Shown: one piece after another, positions 20,120 through 30,485 of the stretch
Numbering within the stretch: the first letter of the stretch is position 1
Layout of the letters: every line of letters begins with the position of its first letter
Virus record (IMG/VR): IMGVR_UViG_3300027963_003549
DNA length: 64,000 nucleotides
Strand: one strand, 5' to 3'
Source of the DNA: an uncultured virus (IMG/VR IMGVR_UViG_3300027963_003549)
Taxonomy: Duplodnaviria > Heunggongvirae > Uroviricota > Caudoviricetes
Position numbers and translations under genes: made by a program
Notes under the pieces: generated by a model
What the model saw: the letters and a program-made list of their open reading frames with translations, nothing else
What the model was told of the DNA's origin: nothing
Database searches by the model: none

Positions 20120-21733
20120 TTATTTAATTATTTTAGACATAATGTCTTTCATTCTCAAAAACTGAGGGTTTTCATAAGTCTTAGATTCTACCAAAACATT
20201 TGAAGAACCTGTTGAAATTGGTTTTTCAATTTTTTGTTCGATTGACTCATTTACCGCCACAGATTTTGAATTTAATTCATCCTTGATTACTTTATAAACT
20301 GACTTAGACTCTTTTAATGTTTCAACAGTATCAAAACGTTTCAAGATATTAATCTTTTCTTGTTTTGTAGTTGAATGTTCAGTAAATAGTCTTGTCGCGT
20401 AAGCCAAGTTTGAATTAAAAACTGCAACTTCATTTAATTTATCTCTGAAGATATTTAATGCTTTTCTGTACTCTTCATTTTTAGTTCTTAAAACATCAAT
20501 TTCACTCTCAAGATTTAAATTTCTGTTGGGTGTAAAACCTTTTCTTAAACCACGTCCACTTTTAGATCCGAACGCATATGTTCTTGAAGCTTCTTTAGTT
20601 TCTTTTTTGAAAGGGTTAATTTCTTTTTTAATAGCACCATCTAAGGAACCTTCTTTAAATTCAAATTTTGCCTTACCTAATTTTGCACCAGTACCGATTT
20701 TATATTCGTGTTTACCACCCATACGACCTTTATCAAAATCAGATTTTTGGTTTGTTTTGTAATTAAAAGAAGCTTTACCCAATTTAGCACCTTTACCTAC
20801 AACAGGTTTAGACTCACCCATTTCTTTACTTGTAGATTTCTTTGATGGTTTTGTCATTTTAGATTTACCCATCATGCCCATAGACATTACTGGTTTAATT
20901 TTACCCATTGGTTTTTTCATTGACTCATTCATGTAAGATTCTTCTTCATCCATCATATCATCGTCTTCCATTTCAATTTCGTACATAACTTCATCTTCTT
21001 CATCCATCATGTCGTCATCTTCCATTTCGTTCATATATGATTCTTCATCCATCATGTCGTCGTCTTCCATTTCAATTTCGTACATAATAGCTTCTTCTTC
21101 TTCTTCATCCATCATGTCATCATCTTCCATTTCGTTCATATATGATTCTTCTTCTTCATCATACATTTCACTGAAAAGTTTATCCATAAGATCTTCAGAA
21201 TCTTCGTCAGAAAAATCAAACTCGTCTTCCATATCCATTTCATCCATTTCGTCTAATTCATCTTCTTCATTCATACGAATAAGGAATTCAGAATCATCTT
21301 CGTCATCTTTGATGTTTAAATAATCACCATCTTTAACAACTTGGATTTTATCATTGGGGCCAAGCTTTTTGAAAACTGCCGCAACTTCTTCAGGACTAGC
21401 GTTAGTAAGATCCAAAGTTTCAGAATCACTCATATCCATTTCGTCTTCGTCTTCCATATCCATGTCAATTTCAACTTCATCCTCATCTTCCATTTCATCA
21501 TCACTTTCGTCAGAATCCATTTCGTCTTCGTCTTCCATATCATCCATGTCAACTTCGTCCTCTTCACCTTCGGGTTTATTTTCAGCCTCTACCATCAAAG
21601 ACTCTTTTACCAATTCAGAGATTTCTTCCTTCATTGTAGAAGCAAGTATTCCTTTTGCATTTTCAGCGATGACTTCTTCCAAACCTTTAATTTGGTTCAT
21701 CACATCTTCAGCTAATGACTTTTTGTCTGCCAT
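20120..21733 (-). CDS. Prohead core/scaffold protein (gp22-like), very acidic with E/D/M repeats
   Basis: Lies between protease and capsid genes; conserved C-terminal LNEVAVFNSNLAYATRLF; EMEDDDMMDEE repeats. Confidence 0.75.
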   Translation of the reverse strand: MADKKSLAEDVMNQIKGLEEVIAENAKGILASTMKEEISELVKESLMVEAENKPEGEEDEVDMDDMEDEDEMDSDESDDEMEDEDEVEIDMDMEDEDEMDMSDSETLDLTNASPEEVAAVFKKLGPNDKIQVVKDGDYLNIKDDEDDSEFLIRMNEEDELDEMDEMDMEDEFDFSDEDSEDLMDKLFSEMYDEEEESYMNEMEDDDMMDEEEEEAIMYEIEMEDDDMMDEESYMNEMEDDDMMDEEDEVMYEIEMEDDDMMDEEESYMNESMKKPMGKIKPVMSMGMMGKSKMTKPSKKSTSKEMGESKPVVGKGAKLGKASFNYKTNQKSDFDKGRMGGKHEYKIGTGAKLGKAKFEFKEGSLDGAIKKEINPFKKETKEASRTYAFGSKSGRGLRKGFTPNRNLNLESEIDVLRTKNEEYRKALNIFRDKLNEVAVFNSNLAYATRLFTEHSTTKQEKINILKRFDTVETLKESKSVYKVIKDELNSKSVAVNESIEQKIEKPISTGSSNVLVESKTYENPQFLRMKDIMSKIIK

Positions 21734-21847
21734 ATTAATTATAGTTTTGTATATAAATATATCCAAAAATCAAAAAATCATTATTTTACGTATAAAAACA
21801 AAAAACCCCCGACTTTCGCCAAGGGTTAATCCTAAAAACAAAATGAA

Positions 21848-22063
21848 TTAGTCTTTATCAAACACTTCATTGATTTTACTTTCCGATACCGAAGTAATTC
21901 TCCATTCATGAGGAAAGCCTTCATATTTTTTAGTTACGATAGCTTCAACATCGGTAACCGAAATTGCGCTAACCAACTTTTCTTCACGAATTTTTTTAAT
22001 ACGACCCGTATTTTCATCAGGCAAATCGTACTGAACTTTTGCAACAAAAAATTTTTCTTCCAT
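21848..22063 (-). CDS. DUF4494-like small protein
   Basis: FFVAKVQY...GRIKKIREEKLVSAISVTDVEA resembles a Bacteroidota-associated family. Confidence 0.5.
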   Translation of the reverse strand: MEEKFFVAKVQYDLPDENTGRIKKIREEKLVSAISVTDVEAIVTKKYEGFPHEWRITSVSESKINEVFDKD

Positions 22064-22073
22064 AATATATAAT

Positions 22074-22817
22074 TTACTTCCCCAAATAATGAGAAAGTTT
22101 TTTCATAAGGTCAAGTGATTTGTTCTCAAATGTTGAAGTATTTTCAGGTTGACCACTACGTTGTACTTTCATTCTGGTTTCCTCATCAAGATTTTCTTCA
22201 AAATTAAATCGATCTTCAGGTTTGGTAAATAAATAAGCACCTGGTGTTGATGGGGATGATACCAAATCAAAACAGATTAATTCAAAATCTTTTTGAACTT
22301 CATTCTGTTCTCCGACTTTTTTTAATGATCCGACACCTCTTGAGGATATACCCAATGTAACACCTTGTCTTAACAAATTTGCCGCCTGATCTCCCTTAGT
22401 AGATACAATACCTCTTTCATGGAAACCTGGTGAGGTTAAAAGTTTAAGTTTACCTAAACAAACATGTCCATCCCACCATATCTCAGTAATTGCGTGTGAT
22501 ACACGATCAAGATCTATTAATGAAGATTCAGGGTGATTTAATTCAGATAATGCAGTTCCCTTATTGATTGCCTTTTTATAGTTTTCAACTTCTCTTTTCA
22601 ATATTTGTTCAGGATATATTCTACCATTTCTGTTAGGGGTATTATATTTTTGTAAAACAGCATAAAATTCAAATGGTTTAGAATAATCTAACATATTGTT
22701 TGATTCTTCCAAAACTTTTCTGTTCATTCTATCTTGTGGGTCAATATATCCAGCATCCCACTCAACTAATATTCCTTTACCTATTTCGTTTGGTCCTAAA
22801 ATTTTCATAGACATCAT
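22074..22817 (-). CDS. gp21: Prohead protease (T4 gp21-like)
   Basis: NRNGRIYP, ELNHP, VSHAI, GISSRGVGS and FDLVSSPSTPGA motifs. Confidence 0.95.
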   Translation of the reverse strand: MMSMKILGPNEIGKGILVEWDAGYIDPQDRMNRKVLEESNNMLDYSKPFEFYAVLQKYNTPNRNGRIYPEQILKREVENYKKAINKGTALSELNHPESSLIDLDRVSHAITEIWWDGHVCLGKLKLLTSPGFHERGIVSTKGDQAANLLRQGVTLGISSRGVGSLKKVGEQNEVQKDFELICFDLVSSPSTPGAYLFTKPEDRFNFEENLDEETRMKVQRSGQPENTSTFENKSLDLMKKLSHYLGK

Positions 22818-22832
22818 TTTGATATAAATATA

Positions 22833-23279
22833 TCAATATTCCATCTGTGGATCTTTTTTTGTTAATGAAAAATTAAAGTCCTTGGAATTTAAGAAACAAT
22901 CAACGTATATTGCGTCAGAAATGTCTTTAATATTATTCTTAATACTTTGTTCTCTGAAATCCATTATCTGAGTAGTGAATAATGTAATTTCCAAGTTTAC
23001 AAAACTTTTCTTACCATAAGACAATCCACTTAACTTCACATCCAAATCAACAATAAATGTTTCTTTGAAAATTTTTTTATTGATGGTGTCAATAACAACC
23101 TGTTTTATGTTTCTTTCTAAGATTGTGATTTGTTTATTCCATTTTTCAAATTCTTTTTTTGGTAACAACCACGTTTGAAAATTGATGTAAATTGATTTTA
23201 ATTCTTTTGAATCTACAGTGCCGTACGTAACTCTCGCATTCCTATACCCACTTAATTTAGAAGTTTTTCCCTTCTTCAT
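22833..23279 (-). CDS. hypothetical protein
   Basis: ORF divergent from rpsU. Confidence 0.75.
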   Translation of the reverse strand: MKKGKTSKLSGYRNARVTYGTVDSKELKSIYINFQTWLLPKKEFEKWNKQITILERNIKQVVIDTINKKIFKETFIVDLDVKLSGLSYGKKSFVNLEITLFTTQIMDFREQSIKNNIKDISDAIYVDCFLNSKDFNFSLTKKDPQMEY

Positions 23280-23348
23280 TATTTAATAATATATTATAAA
23301 TATTTATTTTTAAATAAATCTTAATACATAAAAGTTAAAAAGTCAAAA

Positions 23349-23537
23349 ATGATAATTATAGACGTAACAAAATTTAAATCATTGGATAAAGCACTTAAAC
23401 ATTATAAGATGAAAGTGATAAAAACCAAACAAATGGATATTCTATATAATAATAGGGAATATGTTAAAAAATCTGTTAAACGAAGAGAAGAGATTATTAA
23501 TGCTAAATATAAACAAAAAAAGAAGGACTTAGATTAA
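23349..23537 (+). CDS. rpsU: Ribosomal protein bS21 (phage-encoded)
   Basis: 62 aa, MIIIDV...SLDKALKHYK.K...EYVKKSVKRRE...AKY; Bacteroidota-type bS21 pattern including Tyr54. Confidence 0.88.
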   Translation: MIIIDVTKFKSLDKALKHYKMKVIKTKQMDILYNNREYVKKSVKRREEIINAKYKQKKKDLD

Positions 23538-24232
23538 AGTCCTTCATATAAATTTTGTAATTTTAAATAATTCAACCGATTAAAGGCTTCTTTCTCAACA
23601 GAATCGATAGTCTCATTAAGTTTTTGCTTAATCTCATTATCGTTATTTGTTAATATGTAATTCTTTAATTTAATGATGGTATTTTCTTTTAACACATCAA
23701 AATCACTTTTTAAGTCAAAATCTTTTTTAGAAAACACTTCATCTAATTGTTCTAAAGCCTCTGGTTCTAAACCATCAATATACTTTTCTAAATTATACTT
23801 AACAACATTCTCAATGAAAGGGGTGAAATTATTTTTTGTAACTTCTTTTGATTCTGTCATTATTGACACCAATTCTTTTTTATTTTCAATATTTTCAGTT
23901 ATCTTTAAAACATCATCATTTAATAAAGAATCCACTTTTTTATATTGATTTTCACAAACAACATCTTTAACCCAATTTTTAAGATCTGTTAAAAACAAAT
24001 GATTTTTTTTATTCTTAATCGTTTTAATACTTTCTTCCAAATACTCCTTTGCTATATCTGAACTCATTCCTTGTTTTATTGTTAGATTGGAATATAAATA
24101 ATAACACTCACTAAGCATCTTATTAGAAATTACAACTTTTTTAAAATTGTTAATTTCGGTGTTAAATGTTTGGTTGACGTATGACTCATTAAGTTTTTTC
24201 TCAACCTTTGAAAATAATAATCCTAGTTCCAT
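23534..24232 (-). CDS. hypothetical protein (head module)
   Basis: ORF downstream of portal, with TATTTATA upstream. Confidence 0.75.
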   Translation of the reverse strand: MELGLLFSKVEKKLNESYVNQTFNTEINNFKKVVISNKMLSECYYLYSNLTIKQGMSSDIAKEYLEESIKTIKNKKNHLFLTDLKNWVKDVVCENQYKKVDSLLNDDVLKITENIENKKELVSIMTESKEVTKNNFTPFIENVVKYNLEKYIDGLEPEALEQLDEVFSKKDFDLKSDFDVLKENTIIKLKNYILTNNDNEIKQKLNETIDSVEKEAFNRLNYLKLQNLYEGL

Positions 24233-24255
24233 TTTTCTTTTTTATTATAAATACT

Positions 24256-26049
24256 TTATAAATCCTTTAATAACTTATCAAACTCCTCATTTAGTGTTTC
24301 TATCGACTTATTTCCCTTACCTAAGTCAAAATATTCATCAACAGTTATGTTTGACTCAAAAATTAGATTAAATTTTTTATCTATACTTGCGGTTTCTAAA
24401 CCAGGTTCGGGTGCTCCGGGAGGTGGAGGTGGTGATAACGGTGGTTCACCTCCCATACCTTCAGGTGGTGATGGTGGTGTCTGTGCTTGTGTATCAGATG
24501 AAACAGGTCCTTCAGTATATAGTTTATCCAACGTATCAAATAGTCCGGTTTTCTTAATAACATTAGGTGTATTCGTAAGCTCAGTGGATACTGCCTTCTC
24601 AATTCTTTGTTGTTGTAAATCCAATTTTATATCTTCATCAGAGAATCCAAGAATATGTTTCTTAGCCCAAGATACTGATGCTGGAGCAATACCCTCAATA
24701 GGTGTTACGGTATCTTTATATGCCATCAATTTTTCTTTCCAAACGTCAATCTTTAATAAGTCAGCTTGTGTTGATGGATTTGTTAAACTTAATGTAAAAT
24801 TAGATAACTCGTCCTCAAATCCCAAAATAAATAAGTGAATGATTGCGATTTTATTAAGTTCTTGTAACATACTTTTTTGAATACGATTAATTGTTCTCGC
24901 AAATCTGATATCCAAAAGAGCCAAATCTTTACCATTACCAACAACTTCCTCAAACCCTAAAAACGCTTTTGGGATTCTCAGTGCGGTAACAAGTTTCTTT
25001 TGAATGTATTCAATATCAGCAATCTCTGATAAGTTTTGAGCACCTTGTAGTGTATCAATTGGTGAAGCCTGTGCAACATCACGAACGGGGACGAAATAAT
25101 CCTGATCGACAGCCATTTGATTGTACCTTAAATCAACGTTACCGGTTTGGTCATCAACAATTGGTTGTCTTTTGAACCTATTAGCAAAACGTTGTACGTA
25201 TGGTTCAATATCAGCATCGTCCATATTACCAACAAAAACTTTAAATACACGTCTTTCTGGTGCTCTAGATGTTCTATAAATTAACATTGCATCCTCGGCC
25301 AATATAAGTTGTTTCCAAATCCTTCTAGCCTTTTCAAGCATTGACGTACCATATGGTAACTTCCTATCATCCCCTAATAATCTGAAGTGTGCAATTTCCC
25401 AAGTATTAAAATCTAAGTTTTTATTTTTCCAAGCAAATCTCATAGATTTCATTTCAGGGGCACCCTCACCAACTCTTGGTCCCATGTACATACCTCGTTC
25501 TAAACGTTCAATTTCAATATTCGGTAATTGGAAATTACCAACAACTCCGTGTTCAGGATCCAATTTCAAATAAACAAAATTATCTCCGTATTTGCAGGTA
25601 TTTCTTGTCCACATAGCCAAATTTGTATTAATGTCCAATACGTTATTAAATAAATCGGCTAATATTGATTTAATTCTTTTTGATTCAGAATAAATTTGAA
25701 GAATATGTCCATTTTCATCTACAGTTGTTGATTCTTCGGCATAAATGTCTAGGGCTGCCGATATCTCAGGAGTATATTCCATTGATTCATAATCATATGC
25801 CGCAGCCAATCTCGTGGGTCCATAATAAATTGATTGTTGATATAAATTGTTTTCAATTTTTGCCCAGTGGCCTGCCAAATATTTTGATTGTTTTGCTTGA
25901 AGTTTTTCTTTTTCATATTCCGTTTTATCGGTAGTTTTTAATAAAACTTCTTTGTCAAATTTAAATGTGGGATAATCATTATTAATTAATGAATCAGGTC
26001 CCATTGTTTTTGACAATCTCTGCCAAATTGTTAATTTTTTATTTTCCAT
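24256..26049 (-). CDS. gp20: Portal protein (T4 gp20-like)
   Basis: PEISAALDIYAEES, LAEDAMLIYRTSRAPERRVF, DYFVPVR, IDTLQGA and ALRIPKAFL motifs. Confidence 0.95.
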   Translation of the reverse strand: MENKKLTIWQRLSKTMGPDSLINNDYPTFKFDKEVLLKTTDKTEYEKEKLQAKQSKYLAGHWAKIENNLYQQSIYYGPTRLAAAYDYESMEYTPEISAALDIYAEESTTVDENGHILQIYSESKRIKSILADLFNNVLDINTNLAMWTRNTCKYGDNFVYLKLDPEHGVVGNFQLPNIEIERLERGMYMGPRVGEGAPEMKSMRFAWKNKNLDFNTWEIAHFRLLGDDRKLPYGTSMLEKARRIWKQLILAEDAMLIYRTSRAPERRVFKVFVGNMDDADIEPYVQRFANRFKRQPIVDDQTGNVDLRYNQMAVDQDYFVPVRDVAQASPIDTLQGAQNLSEIADIEYIQKKLVTALRIPKAFLGFEEVVGNGKDLALLDIRFARTINRIQKSMLQELNKIAIIHLFILGFEDELSNFTLSLTNPSTQADLLKIDVWKEKLMAYKDTVTPIEGIAPASVSWAKKHILGFSDEDIKLDLQQQRIEKAVSTELTNTPNVIKKTGLFDTLDKLYTEGPVSSDTQAQTPPSPPEGMGGEPPLSPPPPPGAPEPGLETASIDKKFNLIFESNITVDEYFDLGKGNKSIETLNEEFDKLLKDL

Positions 26050-26085
26050 ATTATAAACTTACGTTTTTTTCCTTATAATTAAATA

Positions 26086-27852
26086 TTATCTTCCCATACC
26101 ACCGAATAACCAATTATAATTTTGGTAATCCTGTTTTGTTGGTCCGTTTTTTCTTACGTGTTGTTGATTGTTAAAAGAGGGTGTTAAAGGATTAAAAAAA
26201 TTATCTGTAACCATTGGACTTTCCGCAACTTGCCAAGCATCAATTAACGCTTTTGTTTGTTCGGTCACTTTTGTTAATGAAGAAAATGAATTTTCCCCAA
26301 CATAAATAGCCATCGCCAATGACATCAATAAATCATCGTGTTGTCCTTTTTGGTGGTCAGCACGACCATTAACATAAACAAATGTTCTCATCTCGTTTAG
26401 AAGACGATTACTTCTTATTTTATATCCGTGTCTAACCTTCTCCTCCAACGCACCGATAATTTGTTCTCTCTTACTATTAAAATTTAAACCAGGTACTTTG
26501 TTAGCCGCCTTTGGGTCAAACTTCCATCTGTTCTGATAATCAACACCATCAAAAAACAAATTTTTATATCCAAGTTCTTGTAGTTTTCTTGAGGTTGAAA
26601 CCCCCATACCACCAGTAATATCAATTACAATAAATGCATCATACATATTACCCCACTTAAAACATATCTCAGCGGCAACATCAGGTGGTACTTTTCCGAG
26701 GTATTCCACAACCTGTTCTTGTTCGTCAAAATCAACGATTTGAAACGTTGTGAAGTCCTCACTATCACCTCGTGACACATCAACCCCCATAATGTACTTA
26801 TGACCCGGTATTGGGTCTTTCCAAACCCATAACGCACCACCCATCATCTTACCCGTGGGTTCCTGTAGTAAATTATTGTTTATTCTAGCAATATCTAATT
26901 GATCAAAAACGTTATCACCCGATCCCAAGAAGTTACATTCCAACTCTTGTGAAACTTTTCTTTTGTCAAATTTTAACTTCTTAACCATCTTCTCAAACCA
27001 ATCTGAAGATGGGGAATAACCAGTTTTTAATAGATCTCGTATTTCTTCAAAATTTCTTTCATCAAATGGTATTGAGGAATAATCTATTAAGGTTTCCTTA
27101 CCATACTCTTCTCTATTCAAAAAGTAATGGATTATATTTTCAGTCTTAACCAAATATAAATCTTTAGTATATCTCGGATCTTTCCACCATACCATTTCAG
27201 ATATTTTGAAATCATTCATATTCTTGATTGCCTGGTCGTATATCTCATAATAAATTGGATCAAATCCGTTAGGAGTTGAAATAACAATTACCTTACCCCC
27301 TGTGGATAAGGACGCCATACACGCAGCCCAAAAATCACCATCTGCTTCAATATACGCAGCCTCGTCAAATATCAATATAGTTGGGGTATAACCACGAAGT
27401 GCGTCCCTTGATGTTGCCACCGCTTTTACCTCACATCCGTTTGTTAATTTGAAATGTCTTTGTGAATTTTTTTCAGGGGAGAACCCAATACCAACCCAAC
27501 TAGGCCATTGTTCAGTAAATCCTCTAACCTTATTTGCCATTTCAACCGCAGTATCTAACTTGTTTGCAATGATTAGAATTTTCTCAGGTTTTTGTTTCAT
27601 TGCAAAAACCAATTTTTTACTTGCCCAAGCTGCGGTAACAGTTGATACCCCCGCCTGTCTATACTTTAGTGCGATGTTTTCATTGTAGTTATCATAGTCA
27701 TTTAATAAATTAACTTGATCAGGAAAACAATCCACAGGTACATATTTCTGAACCGTATTATCATAAGTCTGTAAATACGATTTTAACGCATATGGTGTAT
27801 CTTTCATACACCTTGCGTATTCTATTAAGATTTGCTCTTTTGTAAGTGCCAT
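26086..27852 (-). CDS. terL: Terminase large subunit (T4 gp17-like)
   Basis: LKYRQAGVST (Walker A), LIFDEAA (Walker B), ISTPNG, MGVDVSRG and HDDLLMSLA motifs. Confidence 0.96.
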   Translation of the reverse strand: MALTKEQILIEYARCMKDTPYALKSYLQTYDNTVQKYVPVDCFPDQVNLLNDYDNYNENIALKYRQAGVSTVTAAWASKKLVFAMKQKPEKILIIANKLDTAVEMANKVRGFTEQWPSWVGIGFSPEKNSQRHFKLTNGCEVKAVATSRDALRGYTPTILIFDEAAYIEADGDFWAACMASLSTGGKVIVISTPNGFDPIYYEIYDQAIKNMNDFKISEMVWWKDPRYTKDLYLVKTENIIHYFLNREEYGKETLIDYSSIPFDERNFEEIRDLLKTGYSPSSDWFEKMVKKLKFDKRKVSQELECNFLGSGDNVFDQLDIARINNNLLQEPTGKMMGGALWVWKDPIPGHKYIMGVDVSRGDSEDFTTFQIVDFDEQEQVVEYLGKVPPDVAAEICFKWGNMYDAFIVIDITGGMGVSTSRKLQELGYKNLFFDGVDYQNRWKFDPKAANKVPGLNFNSKREQIIGALEEKVRHGYKIRSNRLLNEMRTFVYVNGRADHQKGQHDDLLMSLAMAIYVGENSFSSLTKVTEQTKALIDAWQVAESPMVTDNFFNPLTPSFNNQQHVRKNGPTKQDYQNYNWLFGGMGR

Positions 27853-27899
27853 AACTATAAATATTAAAAAAGGGGATTAAAAATCCCCTTTCAAATATT

Positions 27900-29210
27900 T
27901 TAGTCTTCTGACCTACTAATTCCTAAACTTTTTAAGAAATCATCGAACTCATCATCACTCGGTAAATCTGAGTCTGGAGGTGTTGGTCCCTCGTCATCAT
28001 ATCCATAATCATCATCCTCATCGTCACCTTGCTCCTTGTTATAGACATATTCTTTGATCTCCTTAACCATTCTTTCAATGATTTGTTTACCAACAGGATC
28101 TTTACTATTAATCAATTTGGCAACACGGAAGAATTCTTCAGGTTCTAATTGAACAAATCTGTTAAAGATGTAGTTTTGAATCCATTTTGAATTATCTTCA
28201 TACACTTCCATCGGAAACGCACCTTTCAATCTTTGCCATAAGACAGGACCAATACGAATTTGCCAAGCTTCATTTACCAAAGAATCGGTTTCACCCATTA
28301 CAAGTTCTGCCTGTTCTGCACTACCTGTAAATCCTCTTGATCCCATCAATTCATAAGTTCCTTTAATCATCTCATGAATCAATACAGGAAAAAATGCAGC
28401 TCTTGCCTTAACGGTTGGGGGAGTTGTTTCAGGATCATATTCTTCAGTTCCCGCCATAGAACTACCGCCACCACCTGCAGATGCCGCTTCCATCATCTGA
28501 TCAGGAATTATCCAATATGTGGCATCTAAAATAGACATTAAAACGCCATATAAATTACTCAAACGAGGATCAATCGCATCTAATTCAGGTGCTAATAATT
28601 CAAACATATAGTGACCCTTCTTAGACGCTCCTTGAATTAACGCGTTAATATAGTGTCTTTTTGCAACTTCGGCATCATATTGTTCAAACGCACTCATTAA
28701 ATCTTCAATATCTTGTTCCGCTTGTTCGGGGTTTACACCAAATTGTTGTTGTATTTCTTCTTCAGATGGTTTTTCACCTACGCCTTGAATTCCTTCGTTA
28801 GATACTGATCCAAATGATACTAATTTCGCATCATATTGAACCTGATCTTCGGTAACACCCAATTCTTCTCTAACAACTTTTTCAGCCAATCTTTCTAACT
28901 CGGCTTTATTAGATGATTCAATACTTGATAAGGTATTTACCGCACCATATACTGAACTCATCAATGAGTTCAAATCGTTAGGCCCTATAGATGGTTTACC
29001 TAAATATCTTTGGATTTTTTCAACAACTTCCTTAAATCTTTCAGATGCTAATAATTCTTCAAAAGAAGATTGTTCGGTACCTGATGGAAATCCTGGACTT
29101 TTTGAAAAGGGGGTTTGACCGGATGCAAACTTTCTTTCAATTCCCGGATCCATTCTTGATGGATCGTCACCATAATCAATTGCGTCTTCGTAAATTTTCT
29201 TTTTTGCCAT
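27900..29210 (-). CDS. hypothetical acidic protein (possible head/internal protein)
   Basis: 436-aa ORF; PVLIHEMIKG motif. Confidence 0.75.
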   Translation of the reverse strand: MAKKKIYEDAIDYGDDPSRMDPGIERKFASGQTPFSKSPGFPSGTEQSSFEELLASERFKEVVEKIQRYLGKPSIGPNDLNSLMSSVYGAVNTLSSIESSNKAELERLAEKVVREELGVTEDQVQYDAKLVSFGSVSNEGIQGVGEKPSEEEIQQQFGVNPEQAEQDIEDLMSAFEQYDAEVAKRHYINALIQGASKKGHYMFELLAPELDAIDPRLSNLYGVLMSILDATYWIIPDQMMEAASAGGGGSSMAGTEEYDPETTPPTVKARAAFFPVLIHEMIKGTYELMGSRGFTGSAEQAELVMGETDSLVNEAWQIRIGPVLWQRLKGAFPMEVYEDNSKWIQNYIFNRFVQLEPEEFFRVAKLINSKDPVGKQIIERMVKEIKEYVYNKEQGDDEDDDYGYDDEGPTPPDSDLPSDDEFDDFLKSLGISRSED

Positions 29211-30097
29211 TACTTTCTATTTTTAAAAATGTTTTCATAAGATAAGAAATCAGGTAATTCTGAATTTTCACCCTTAGCCTTAGGTCTTGGTTTAATACCG
29301 GGTTTTGGTGAAAAAGGATCTTTAGGATCATCCTTTGGTTTACTCGGAGTCTTAGTCTTTTCTCTTTCCTTTTCCTTAGTACCAGGATCTGATGCCTTAG
29401 GTCTTGGTTTAATACCAGGTTTTGGTGAAAAAGGATCTTTAGGATCATCCTTTGGTTTACTTGGAGTTTTAGTCTTTTCTCTTTCCTTTTCCTTAGTACC
29501 AGGATCTTGTTCTAAAATGTAATTCATAAAATCTTTTTTAGTCATTGAAGGCTTAATATGCTTATCAACTAAAGCAAAGATAATACTTTCTACCAAACTT
29601 TCCTTAATATTTTTACCTTTTTTTGGACCACTCTTCAATGCAACTACACACTTTTCGTATGTTTTCATTTGACTATCAGACCATTTACTTCTTTCAGGTG
29701 TACCAAAAATATTACCAAATGTCTTAGTACAAATCGCGTAAGGGTTTAAACCTTGTTTCTTTCCTTCTTTCATCTCATTTTCAGTGGGCATTCCGTCACC
29801 ATAATTATCGAAACCATCATCACTTGATGGGCCAACTTGTTTTGGGTCTTGAGTTCTCTCACCTTTTTCAAAATCCATAGAATCTTCCTCATCCGCCTCA
29901 TAGACTTGGAATGTAACCCCTTGTCTCTTTAGGTTATCAATCTCTGTTTTGTTATTTCCTTTTACCATCGTAACCGATTCTTTGTTTTCTTCTTTTGTCA
30001 TCTTTTCATATAACAAATTCAAATTACGTTGTGACAGGTTATTTAAGGTCTTAAATGAAAAACCTTCTTTCATTAACTTAATTATTTTTTTATCCAT
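29210..30097 (-). CDS. hypothetical protein with 39-aa tandem duplication
   Basis: DPGTKEKEREKTKTPSKPKDDPKDPFSPKPGIKPRPKA occurs twice. Confidence 0.75.
   Translation of the reverse strand: MDKKIIKLMKEGFSFKTLNNLSQRNLNLLYEKMTKEENKESVTMVKGNNKTEIDNLKRQGVTFQVYEADEEDSMDFEKGERTQDPKQVGPSSDDGFDNYGDGMPTENEMKEGKKQGLNPYAICTKTFGNIFGTPERSKWSDSQMKTYEKCVVALKSGPKKGKNIKESLVESIIFALVDKHIKPSMTKKDFMNYILEQDPGTKEKEREKTKTPSKPKDDPKDPFSPKPGIKPRPKASDPGTKEKEREKTKTPSKPKDDPKDPFSPKPGIKPRPKAKGENSELPDFLSYENIFKNRK
29277..29506. repeat. 117-bp tandem duplication (2 copies)
   Basis: Copies begin at 29277 and 29394 and differ only by a few synonymous changes. Confidence 0.9.
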
Positions 30098-30485
30098 ACA
30101 TCGTTTCTTTTTCAAACTCAAGGATTAAATCCCTTTCGTATAATTTATCTTTTATCGACTTCTCGTCTTCTCCAAACTTAAAAACCAAACGAACATTCTC
30201 ATCACAAGATTCATCCGTTTCATATGCCAAACATATTATGTCCTCCATTGCATCAGATAAACTAAAAAACAAAGAGTTCTGAACTAACTCCAAGTCAACT
30301 TGTGTATTTTTCAAAACTCCAACTTTTTTTATGTTTTGAAGGTCGGGTGGTGACGGTGTTCCATTTGCTGGTCTCTCATCCCATCCTTCACCCCAAACAT
30401 CATATGTTTCACTAAATATAAATTCATACATCTTATCACCTTTGTAATTAGACCCAAGTCCATTTACGTAGATTAAATGACTCAT
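30090..30485 (-). CDS. hypothetical protein
   Basis: ORF coupled within the operon. Confidence 0.75.
   Translation of the reverse strand: MSHLIYVNGLGSNYKGDKMYEFIFSETYDVWGEGWDERPANGTPSPPDLQNIKKVGVLKNTQVDLELVQNSLFFSLSDAMEDIICLAYETDESCDENVRLVFKFGEDEKSIKDKLYERDLILEFEKETMYG

Noticed and set aside
21009..21851. Ser-rich and His/Phe-rich plus-strand ORFs
   Set aside because: They are antisense shadows of the acidic low-complexity scaffold gene
18223..27852. Inteins or introns in the capsid, portal or terminase genes
   Set aside because: The ORFs are continuous with no intein splice motifs; the extra capsid length is a Gly/Asn/Thr-rich insertion
29277..29506. Diversity-generating retroelement template/variable repeat pair
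   Set aside because: It is an in-frame tandem duplication with synonymous differences, and no reverse transcriptase was recognised in the window
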